Positions 50,001 to 61,081 of a DNA stretch of 64,000 nt are shown piece by piece. The stretch's first letter is position 1. Each line of letters opens with the position of its first letter. The DNA is from Pelomyxa schiedti. Taxonomy: Eukaryota; Protista; Evosea. Below the pieces are notes generated by a model, which was given only the letters and a program-made list of their open reading frames with translations, was not told the DNA's origin and made no database searches. The stretch spans positions 37,461 to 101,460 of the forward strand of contig JAHLWZ010000825.1 of the NCBI GenBank assembly GCA_020536535.1, read 5' to 3'. The position numbers were made by a program, and so were the translations under genes.

Positions 50001-50539
50001 CCCCAGCACACACAACGCCTCTACAACTATCTCATCATCATCACACAATAGCAGTGATTGCAGGCGATCATGAGAGGCGTAAAAATTGTTAGAAGTGGAG
50101 CAGTGCAGCAATTCACGAGTAAACTCTAGAATGTGCCACACAAGTAGTCGTTCTTCTTCATTGCTGAATCTCGCTATCTCGAGTACTGGTGTTGAAGAAG
50201 ATTCACTGGTCTGAGTAGTCGATGGTACCACAGCTGGAGCTTGTGGAATGCATCTAGCCATGATAGAATCAAACCTGTTGAGTAGTTTATACCACTGGAG
50301 CAATGGAGTCTTTTCCCTGTACACGGTTTCGAGAGAATGTTAGGAAAAAGGGGGTAAAAAGGGAAAAAAAAGAGAGAGTATGTTACAAACCTTTTCGATT
50401 CTCGCCATTGCTTCAACGTGCAGGTGTGCTTGGGTAGTTCTTGCAATAATTGTGTGTCGGGAAGTTTATGTAGGTGAGCGGTGATCTGGCGAACATGAGA
50501 CGAAGGATGCGTGTGAGTTGTTGGCTTCTTGATCTTCAT
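38097..50539 (-). CDS. HUWE1: HECT E3 ubiquitin ligase HUWE1/Tom1/UPL1 family
   Basis: N-terminal [15 protein letters not shown]-like segment, UIMs ([24 protein letters not shown]) and UBM repeats ([18 protein letters not shown]). HECT domain with [22 protein letters not shown] and the terminal EGFGFA*. Confidence 0.93.
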
Positions 50540-50750
50540 TTCTACTACTAGTCGCGACAGTCACGGCTGTGTGTTTGCTGTCGTAGATTTATTGTTACTT
50601 TATGATTTTTGGCTTGAGAATTCAACTGCCCGGCAAATTGGATCTATCTTGCTTATCTTTTTCTTTTTCTTTCCACGTTTTTTCATTTTTGAAGGTAATT
50701 GCCCCAAGTCGATTACGATTGTTTGTGTTGTCCGCTGGATCTCGCGGTTA
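50540..50750. promoter_or_regulatory. Putative bidirectional promoter between HUWE1 and REV1
   Basis: 211 nt between divergent ATGs; CpG-containing flanks with a central T-rich tract. Confidence 0.45.
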
Positions 50751-53700
50751 ATGTCGGGTGAGAAAGAAGGAGGGGAGTATAAGCCGGTGACGACATGGCA
50801 CGAGTACATGGTGACGAAGACTGCGAAACTGGCACACCAGTTTCACGAAGATTCTGTGGGGGACCCTGTGGTTGACGCGATCTTCAAGGACGTACGTGTT
50901 TGGGTCGATGGGTAGGCGTTTTCCTCTTTTTTTTCCCGCTTTTATTCCCCCTCCTTTTGCACCCACTGTATCGCCGTTCGTTTTTTTGTCAGAATGCCCG
51001 TTGAAATTATGGCGCAAGTATCACAGTTTCCCATTACCGAGTAACGTAGATACACTGACCCGCCGGCACTGCAAATTAAACACTTGATTCGGAGACATGG
51101 TGGAGAATATTACCACTATCCTTCTTCATCGGTTACACACATCATTGCCACAACTCTTTGTGACTCCAAAGTGACAACACTCAAGTGGAAACACATCTTC
51201 TCAGTCGACCCACTTATATAGTATAGGCCCACAACGAAAGTGGTTCGTCCAGAATGGATAACAACCTCGATAGAAAGAGGGAAGCTGTTAGACTGGAGGC
51301 AGTTTTCTTTGAATCCAGTCAACCAACATATAGATGTTCCGACAGAAAACACAATCGCAACAAATCATCCCACTTCGTTATTACCCCCCCATGTAGAATC
51401 ATCTTCTAAGTCTCAACCACCTGAGCCTATAGCCAGCACAACATCCACCACTTGTGACACTACAAAGAGCTCAAGTGTTTTCTCCAGCTCTAATGTGCCA
51501 AACAAGCCATTAGGAGGAAGTCTTTTGAACTGTAATGATCCCTGCTTCATAAAAAACTATTTCCAATCTTCACGGTATTGCCTGATTAACCACCAACCCC
51601 TTACCTTCAGTAGGTTGCACCATTTAAGTGCATGGAAAAACCAGTTTCAAGAATCGTTACGGGCCTATCTAATAAAGTTAAAAGGAAATCGAGCTCTTCC
51701 ACAAGTTAATCCCTCTTCTGATAAAACCTTACTTCATGTTGATATGGTAAGTGCCATTTTACCTGCATACACAATAATTTATCTAGGACTGTTTTTTTGT
51801 GAGTGTCTCTGTCCGGGAGCATCCTGAGTTGAAGGGCCATGCAGTTGCCGTATGCCACTCTTCCACTGTTGGGACCCATGGCGGAACAGCCGCTGTTGCG
51901 TCGTGCAACTATCCAGCTCGGAAATTTGGTGTTAGAAATGGAATGAATTTGGCACAAGCAAAATCTCTTTGTCCTGAACTGCAAATTGCACCGTAATTGT
52001 CACTATTTATTGGAATCGGTCTCAGATAATACAGCTATGAATTTTCCCATTACGAGAAGGCCTCCATTGCAATGTATGAAGTTCTTATGCAGTACAGTCT
52101 GTCTCTTGAAATATTGAGGTACAATCGTACATTTTTCTTACATTCAACCACTTCTACAGTTGTGATGAAGCAGCGGTAGACATTACGAGCTGTACTGAAC
52201 AGCCCTTGACAATAGCAGAGCACATCAGACAAGGGATTTTTTATCGTACACAGTGTACTGCAAGTGTTGGCATTGGCAGAAATCTATTACTAGCAAAGTT
52301 AGCATGTAAGAAAGCAAAGCCTAATGGAGTCTTCGAGGCACCTTCAACAACGGTTTGCTCTGGCTTACACCTACTTTAATTTTACTGTGCGATAGGCTGA
52401 GATTTTAATATTTCTAAAAGCGCAGCCGCTTTCGTACGTACCTGGGGTTGGCTATTTTATGGAAGAAAAACTTAACCAGCACAATATTCAGACATGGGGT
52501 GACTTGCAGGCAGTTCCTATTGTGAGGCTTCGCTTTTAATTTACCCCTTATCGTGATTGATTCTGTCTTACTGTTTAATATTGTATGTAGCAAGACTTGC
52601 AATCCTGGTTTGGCACAAAGCAAGGAAGCCACTTGCATGACTTTAGTTTTGGCTTGGACCACCGCAAAATTTGCCCATTCCATGTATTTCGCATGCATAT
52701 TTTTTCTTCATAACGTTGACGTTACAGGAGAGAAAGAGTATCAGTGCAGAGGTTACTTGGGGAATCCGTTTCACAACAATGGAAGAAGTATACCAGTTTG
52801 TCCAGCGGTTGTCAGACGAGGTGACTGAACGTCTGGTGTCTGCAAACCAATCGACGTCCACTGTCACACTCAAAGTTGCCAGGAGACGTCCTGGAGCACC
52901 ACCTCCAAAGAAGTTCTTAGGTTCCGGCATCATTGGTGTGCCAATAGCGAAGTAAACACCCTCGAGAATAATCAATTCAGATACCATTACTCGCTCTGTC
53001 AAGCTTTCATGCCCCACGTCCGATCCCACAGTAATCTCAAGCGAAGCAGTTAAACTGGCCCACATGGTTCACTTTCTCCTTTTTTAATTTCGTTTACTTT
53101 TCTTTAGATACAGGATATTCCTCCTACTGATTATCGGGGAATTGGGATTCAGTTCAGTTCATTAAAACCACTATCTGAACATCGTAGAATGCTTTTTGCA
53201 TCGAACGGCATTTAATTTATATCATGTAGATCCGAGGCAATCCTCCCTTCTTGATGCATTTCCGAAAGGGAGTGTGACTATCAATCCGCCTGCTACAACT
53301 GATAACTTTTTGGAGACCAACAGGAAACGGGTATGAATAGAGGTAGGGGATTGAATAATAAAAACTGAAAAGGAACCTACTGTGACACCCAGTCCATGTG
53401 TTAATATTACTGGAAAACCATCTTTTTTCCCAAATCTTCCCAAGAGACTCAAGAAAAATACCGGAACAGGGGAACCACAAGGTTTTTCCCATCCACATTC
53501 TCTCATCAAGCAACTAGTATAGGTGTCCTTGTTGTTCCCCCTCTGTCGCAACTTGACGAAAGTACCCTTGCTGATCTACCCGAAGATATTAGGAATGAAG
53601 TTTTGGCGCAGTATAAAACAAGCAAAATGCCTCTAGCACCGTTGCAAGCAATACCAGATAAGTTACCAGAGAAGATACCTGCACCACAAGTCGTCCTGGA

Positions 53701-54162
53701 AGAGCCAAAGCCCACCTTGGTTAAGGAACAAAATCATGTGCGGTTTCAAAACACACCATTTTCCCAGTGTCGCACTCCAGATAATATCAATAGACAGTTC
53801 ACCAAGTGGGTACATGAGCAGGAGTCATGTGGGAGCCAAGAGATTGAAGTAAGTAACAGTATGTTACTCATAAACTGAACTCTCTGAGGTCATCAATTGC
53901 GTGATTCAAGAGCTGTTCACCTTTGACAACCTGGAGAGTGTTCATACTTTCATGTCCCAGTTCAGAAGGCATGTATCCTACCCCTTTCACTTACGTTTTT
54001 CCGTTGCCTTAATTCTCACTTCCCAAAAGGCGGTGCTGTGCCTCAAGCAGGAATGACTCCAACAGCAGGCAATGGGCACAAGCTTTCAACACTTTTCTTG
54101 AACAAGTGAACGGCATCATGCACGACCAGTATGGAAGTATCATTTCCATTTCGCCCCTGTGA
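50751..54162 (+). CDS. REV1: REV1 deoxycytidyl transferase (BRCT, Y-family polymerase, UBM, C-terminal domain)
   Basis: YMVTKTAKL, BRCT (VTHIIA...VVRPEWITTSI), N-digit SRLHHLSAWK, LHVDM|DCFF, VASCNYPARKFGV, SCDEA, RKSISAEVTWGIRF, UBM LADLPEDIRNEVL, CTD WAQAFNTFLEQV...YG. Confidence 0.93.
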
Positions 54163-54310
54163 CCCCTGAGCAAGCAGTTTTGGTAGTTGAAATGTTGTCT
54201 GTTGTAAGCTTCCAGTTGTCTTTCTTTTTCGTCTTTTCGGCGGCGTAAGCTGAAAAAAAAAAGGACGCGATCTCGTCGCCCCTTTGCCTGAACAAATTGA
54301 AAAATAAAAA

Positions 54311-57300
54311 ATGAAGGCGGACGGTCCGACACACGGCGTCGTCGATAAAAAGCGTCATCGTAAGAAGCAGCATTCGTCGTCGTCTACGTCTTCTTCCTCA
54401 ACGGCAGCACCCGCCACGAAAAGCACCCCGTCGCCCAAGAGATCTCCTTCGAACGGCGCCGCCGTCGACGCATCCGCCGGCCGCCTTCTTTCGCCCCCGC
54501 TGGCCACGGGCGCCGCGGCCTCCGCGTCCCACAATTGCCACTCGCCGCGGCCGTCCTCGCCCTCCCCGTCGCCGCTGTCGCCGACCTTTGGTGCCAACCC
54601 AGCCGTCACTACGCCGTCGTCGTCGCCCTTTCATTCCCCTTCCACGTCCACGTCGTCCTCGGCTTCGTCTACTACGAATGGGTGCCGCGGCGGCTCTCCC
54701 GGCGCGCCGTCGTCGGTGGCGGCGGCGGCGGGCGCGAGGGCGAGGCTGCTGCAGCCACACGAGATACCAGACAGCACGGTGTTCATGGTGGAGACGTCGC
54801 CGACGCACGACAAAATCCGGTGCGACTTCGCGCACTGCAGGGCCTGTGCTAGGGCGCGCGACGAGGGCGGCGACGTGTGGGTGGACAATAGCCCTGACCA
54901 GGTCTCGTTGCTGTCGAGGCATGTGGGACTGGAGGTGGAATCGTTTGTCCGCTCCCTTCCTTTGGGCGTTTCGACTGGGCCCGCACATTCCAACTGTCCT
55001 GTGCTGCAGCACACTCCCTGTGTCGGCGGTTTGGCCAATGTGGCTGAATCACCAGCTTTTACAATATCAACTTCCAGTTCTGTTTCTGTTTCTGTTTCTG
55101 TTCCAGGGGCAGGTGATGAACCATTGTCACCTGCTCCCCCAACACTTTCACCTCCTATGGGGGCGAATGACTCTCCAAGGTTAGACGCTGTTCCACAATT
55201 GTATACACTGGACACAGTTATCACACTTCCACCTGCATGCCAACTCTCCACTCCCATGCGCGCACACATTCATCAAGAAGGTATATCCCCTTTCACACAA
55301 ATACCCCCACCCCCGCAGCCAGTCGTGCCCCTTATTCTTGTAACTGATACACCATCTACCCCGCCTTCCATTACACCTCTTGTGATTTTCATCCTTGAGC
55401 TTGATGATCACATGTGTACACTTACGCAGTGGCTTCCTTCCATGGTCCGAGCTGCATTTGAAGCATCTGCAGAGCCTGTGTACATTCCAAATCCAGCCAT
55501 TTGCTGCAGAAGATTTTCATGCAGAGAAGGATTGCTAAAAACAGTTTGGTCTTTGGCCGATGAGTGCCTGAGAGAGGGAAAGCCAGAACCAGTTAACACT
55601 GTGAATCCTTTACCTTCACTTGGGGGAGACTCATCAACTGGGCAGAACGACCAAGGGTTACCACCTACAAATAGCAAGATTCTAGTAATTCTCAGCACTC
55701 ATTCAAGCAACCAAGGCCAAGTGTTTTCCTGTACCCCTTCTTCAATAGCAGCAGCACACAATTTTGAAGAGTTCTGCTCTCTGCGAGATTTGTAGTTCTT
55801 AAATTTTCTTTATCTTTCACTCAAAACAAACAAACAAACAAAAAAAATAGTGTCATTGTTTGTCAAGAAGCTTTCGCAGACAGTTTAATCGGGATATACG
55901 TTTCCTCATGTTTTGTAATGAGGTTGGATTCATCACACAAAAAATGGCCTGTAGATATTTGGTGGTTGAAGCGAGAGCTGCAGTGCGAAGTAGTAGGCAG
56001 TGAAGCTGAAGTTTATTTCACTGGGCAGGACACAGTGGATCTATTTTTTGTGTTAACGCTGTTGGAATATTGCTACAAGCACTCACCTGCAAGCATGCCT
56101 GCAGTACGGCTGGAGACAATCATCAAAAAAGCAGCAACACAGTTTTTTGATGACTTGTGCCAGGAGATGGGTTTATGCAAGCTGTCTATACCCCGCAAGC
56201 TACTCCCCCCTCCAGCAGAAGAGCCAGAGGTCCATCCTGCAGTGTGCATCCACAGCAGTGTGTGCATCCTTGTTATTTTTGCTCCCACCAGTAAAAGACT
56301 TGCTGAGTCTCTCGTTCTGGCCTTGCAGAAAAGGGATGATGTAAATGTGGTGATATGCCAACAAGAAGCCTTATGCGTGGGGAAGTATACCCTTCCAGAT
56401 TGTATTGCTTCTTGTGTTGAGCAAGGCTGCCGCGTACTATTTCTGGCCCTGGACTGGGCATGTGACGAGTCAAGCCAGTCAGAAATGTTGCTTCACTCGA
56501 CGCTTCATTTTGCATCCACGACTGAAACAAGTTGCCCTCATTCAGTGTTTGGTTTGCACATAGCATTTGTCTCAACTGAAACTCTTGAACAATTTGATTT
56601 TAGACCTATACCCTTTCCTGTATCTGCCTTCCATACAGATAAACTTCCCCTTGACAGTGTCTCCTTACCATTGTTAATATATTTTCTCCAATTGGCTGTT
56701 GGGGAAAATAAACTCTCTTCCGTGACTCGAATGGAGGAAACCTCTTCCAAAAACCATGTTTCTCTTGCTCAAGCAGCAAATGATGCACTTCCACCTAATC
56801 ACTGGGAACTTATTGACGTTGTCACGGAATGTAATCATGTATGTCCTGGTCTTGCAAGACAAGCTGAACTCAAGTTGCTGCACTCTCCCGACAGTAGACG
56901 TACAAAGCCTTCAGGGACTGGGCATTTCACGAGAAATATTCGCTACGATTATTCACATCTGCAGCAACGTGAGGGTGCCACAGCAAAGAGAAGAAGGACA
57001 AATCCTACACACACTAAGCGGGTTGTACAACAAGATGCTTTATTGTATGTCATTTTACTTGTTAAATCAATCATCTCCTTTACTTTCACGTCTTCATCAG
57101 GCTTTCAGCGAACATAAAGCAAGTGCGTGTAAGTCACCTTGACATGTTGCTAAAGATGGACTTAGACCACTGCAAGATAGATGGGGTTGTAACATACAGT
57201 TTTGTTTTGCTTGATCCATCAACAACTGAAATGATACTGGATTGCTGTGAAATTGATGTGAAGTCAGTCGAGTACCAAGTCCAAGTAGAGTCCTCAACAG

Positions 57301-59510
57301 ATCCACCTACTTCAAACCTTCATTTCGAGCCTCTTCCGTTCAGTATAACGCCAGTCTCTTTGTCAATCGCACTGCCTCAAAACCGGAATCACCAGACCCA
57401 AAAAATCCGCGTCAGTTATACAACACACCAAAATGGTCCATCCCTCCAATGGTGTCTGGACTCCGACAATAACCCATTTGTTTTCACCTGTGGTGCCGCA
57501 TGTAACAACAGGTCACTGTTTCCTTCTCCTGATGCCCCATCCGAATTGTGCACTTATTATGCAATGGTCCAAGTGCCAAGCAATTATACTGTGCTGATGA
57601 GTTCCACTTTCGTTCGTCAACTGGAAGTTAGCGAATCTGATGATTTTCAGACTTGTATTGTTTCTCAGTGGGAATACAAGCTGGAAACACCGCTTATGTG
57701 CAGGTTTTCTACTAACAAAAGACAGTGCTCCATTTCCTGATGTTGCTAATAAGCACTGTTGTACTGGCGGCTGGAAAATTTCGTAGTAGCTCTCTGCCAG
57801 CCATGCGCATTCCCATCACGATTTACGGACCTGTCAAGAGCACCAGCGTGGAAATGCTTTCCACTTTTATTCCTCAATACCTCACCACAGCAGAAATGAT
57901 GCTTGGTTCTGTTCCCTTCTCACGATATGATGCTCTCATCATGCCAAGGGCTTTTTCTTCTCTTGGAATGCAAGTATGTGGACTTAGTCCCAGTTATCTT
58001 TTGGCTGTTCTGACAGACAACTAAGAATCCGTACTTGGCCTTCTTTTCTCAGTCGTTGTGCTCTAAAGATCGTGGTATGAGAAACAGGTATGCCAAACCC
58101 CTTTGTAAAAATTGGCTAATTTCCGCAGAGTGGCACATGAAATAGCACATTTGTACTTCGGTTTGTTAATTGGGGTAGTTTCTTCGGCCCTCATCTTTCC
58201 ATTAACTATTTTCAGCCGCGGGATTGGAACGAGGAATGGCTCAGTGAAGGATTTGCCACGTATTACTCACACTAAATTTAATTATCGCTCATGGACTTTT
58301 TGGGAAACCTAAGATACATGGAAGATAGAATTGTCTATAAAGCTGAAGGAATCAATGAGAACCAACAGAAACTTCTGACACAGATTAAAGTGAGGATAAG
58401 TGCTTTGTTTAGACCAGATTTTTCTAATGGGATAAGTGGGAATTGAAATTCCGGACCCTTCAAAATGATATACAAAACACCGAGGAAAACATGCAGAGGC
58501 TCATGCCCAAAGTTGGTGATAGTAGTGCTCCCTGTGCCTTGGATACCTCTCACCGCTGTCACACAATTCACTACGTGAAGTCTTACTTTCTACTGCACCT
58601 TGTGTGTACTAGACTTTGTTGTTGACTTAACATTTTGTGCAGCTTGCACAGAAGGCTGGTGGGTGTGAGATTTTTGACAAATTTCTTCGGGCCTATGTTG
58701 ACCGTTATCAGAACAAGCTCGTAAGCAGTGCAGATTTTTTGGACTTCTACTTCGCATCCTTTCCACAGTTGCGTAACGTCGGGGTTTTTGACACACATGT
58801 TGTTCTTCACTCCTGGGTCTATAGTCCTGGAGTACCATCTGATGCCTTGGATAGTATGTTTTCACAAGCTGGTTGCCAATTTGGTGTGCTGGTGGATACT
58901 ATAGAAATCATTCATACTTACTTTTTAAAAAGGACTATTTCCGGCAGCGAAAATTGTAAATCCGCTCGTCAGGGATGTTCAAGTGGCCTATGACAGCGTT
59001 CTTACACTGAACAGAACGCTCACTGAATCAGCACAAAACGCAACTGAAGTGGCCAGGTCGTGTGTCAGTGTCCTACAGCACTCGGCAGCGACGTGGGAAC
59101 CAGAACAATTGTGTTTACTGCTGGACAAACTGGTGGACTGGGTGGGCAAGTCTGAAGACAATTCAAGTGCATCGTCCGCTTCTGCTGAACAAGAAGCATC
59201 CACCACTGTACTCTCAAGTTCGTGCTTGTCTCTGCTGCAGCAAGTATTTGCGTTCTGGGAGAGGAACCCTGAAGCACAGCACAGGTGGTGTGAGCTGGTC
59301 ATCAAGTGCAAGTATGAGCCTGATTACCCAAACCTCAAGAAGTTTCTGCAGGATCACCAGGGAATGGGGCTCTATGTGTTTGGGGAATTACTAGTCTCTG
59401 GAGTGTGTGAGCGGGAACTTGCAGTCTGTGCTTACAATGCCAACAAACACACTATGGACAGGGAGCTGAGAACAAGGTGTGAGGAGCTCATTCTCCAAAC
59501 AGAGGGATAA
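54311..59510 (+). CDS. AOPEP: M1-family metallopeptidase, aminopeptidase O-like, with ~900-aa N-terminal extension
   Basis: NNRSLFP, PRAFSSLGMQ|NP, VAHEIAHLYFG...EEWLSEGFATY (HExxH-18-E), IHYVKSYFLL, QHRWCELVIK, FLQDHQGMGLYVFGEL. ORFs 54311, 55918 and 57123 join in frame through GT-AG introns. Confidence 0.8.
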
Positions 59511-59544
59511 CAAGAAAAACAAACGGAAACATAAAACATTCTCT

Positions 59545-60894
59545 TCAAAATTGATGCAAATAGTCTATGATGTGTTTAGTAGTCGGGTCAAACAGTGATT
59601 TGAAGTGAACAGTATCCACAGGTGTTGGAGGCTGGAGTGGAACCTCCGTGGTTTTTGTTTGTGATATTCCCGGTGAGGAGGTAATTGATGCAGCTTTCTC
59701 GTTCCCGTTCTTCCTGTGTGGTATTGGAGCATGGGGTTTTATGGAATCATCAACATCAGATATATCTTCCTCATAGTCTGATAGGGCGTGGAAGCGGGAT
59801 CTGGTTGGCGAAGTTACGTGTAAGGGTGCCAGTCTGGTCCTCTTCCGTGACAGAGACCGGAAGAAGCTGACCACTGCGGGCTCCTGATTTGCAGTTAATA
59901 ATTTAGATGAGGGGGGCTTATGCTGTGGAACGACCCCCGGCAAAATTGGCACGGTGGAAGCGCCACTACCAGATTGGCAGTTGCTCTCGCCCTCGCTCTC
60001 GAGGTAGGGGCGTGGTTTGTTTTTGTGTTGTTTGGAAGGCGATGGTGGGGTCATGGTGAGCTCCGAGGAATAACCAAGTTGCGTTGCGGAAACAGGGTCG
60101 TCCTCAGATGAGGGCTGGCGTGATGTGATTACCCTTTGAGTGCTTTCAGTGCCAATTTCTGTACACAAGCTGCTATCAATGGACTCAATAGGCACAAGAC
60201 CAACCGGGCCCTTGTCCTGCTCCAAGTTCTGACCAGAATCAGCATCAGCATCAGAATCGGAACTGGAACTGGAATCCGAGTCCGAATCCGATTCTGATTC
60301 ATAATCGGGACCGCGAGAGCAATGAGCATCAGCAACAGGAGGTGGGGGTTGTGTATCTGGTATCTCAATTACGTGAACGGTAGGCGGTGGCGCCCGTGGC
60401 ACAGACATCGACTTGCTGCCGCCGGAATCCTCGGCAGCCTTCGCGGAATCCGGCGAGGAGCGGGCGAAACGGCGCCGCTTCGTTTCCGGTGAGCACACGT
60501 CCTCGTCATCTACAAGGACTACGACCGGGGTTCTCGGCACGGCGGTGGCGGCTTCGTCGTTGGTCTTAGTAGCAGCGGTTGTCTTTGGGGTGTGTGCCCG
60601 CGTAGTCGGCGGTATGGGCCCTGTTACGGCAGGTGAGGGAGTTCTGGGAACGGAGTTGTGGTGGTAGTGGTGGTGGTGGTGGCGGCGGTGGTCGCCATCA
60701 GCGGCGTCGATGACAATCACAGGCGGGGCAACTTCGCCGTCGTCGGGAACAAGGACGACGTGGTGGTGGTGGCTGGTTTTGTGGACGTGACGGGGGCAGA
60801 GTTGGTGCACCGACTGGGGATGGCCAACGCTCGTAGTGTCGTGGTCTGATTCGTCCGAGTCCACAACAACAACAACGGCCTTGTGGCGGTTCAT
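59545..60894 (-). CDS. Intronless intrinsically disordered protein with multiple SUMO-interacting-like motifs
   Basis: 449-aa ORF with VVVVVDSDESD, VVLVPDD, VIVIDAAD, VVVLVDDED and VHVIEIPD, His tracts, and NLS-like KRRR and RKRTR. Confidence 0.75.
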   Translation of the reverse strand: MNRHKAVVVVVDSDESDHDTTSVGHPQSVHQLCPRHVHKTSHHHHVVLVPDDGEVAPPVIVIDAADGDHRRHHHHHYHHNSVPRTPSPAVTGPIPPTTRAHTPKTTAATKTNDEAATAVPRTPVVVLVDDEDVCSPETKRRRFARSSPDSAKAAEDSGGSKSMSVPRAPPPTVHVIEIPDTQPPPPVADAHCSRGPDYESESDSDSDSSSSSDSDADADSGQNLEQDKGPVGLVPIESIDSSLCTEIGTESTQRVITSRQPSSEDDPVSATQLGYSSELTMTPPSPSKQHKNKPRPYLESEGESNCQSGSGASTVPILPGVVPQHKPPSSKLLTANQEPAVVSFFRSLSRKRTRLAPLHVTSPTRSRFHALSDYEEDISDVDDSIKPHAPIPHRKNGNEKAASITSSPGISQTKTTEVPLQPPTPVDTVHFKSLFDPTTKHIIDYLHQF

Positions 60895-61081
60895 CGACTT
60901 TTATCACCAATTAACGAAATCAACTTTTCTCTTTTACCCGAAATCTTCGTCGCCTGTTTTGCAACAAGTAGCTCTCCCAAGTGGAGTTTGATGACTTTCT
61001 CGGTTGGTGGCGGCTTGGTGCCCTGACCAATACTCCATTCAAGCATTAACAATTTTAAAGGTAGAATGCGAAAAGAGTGTG

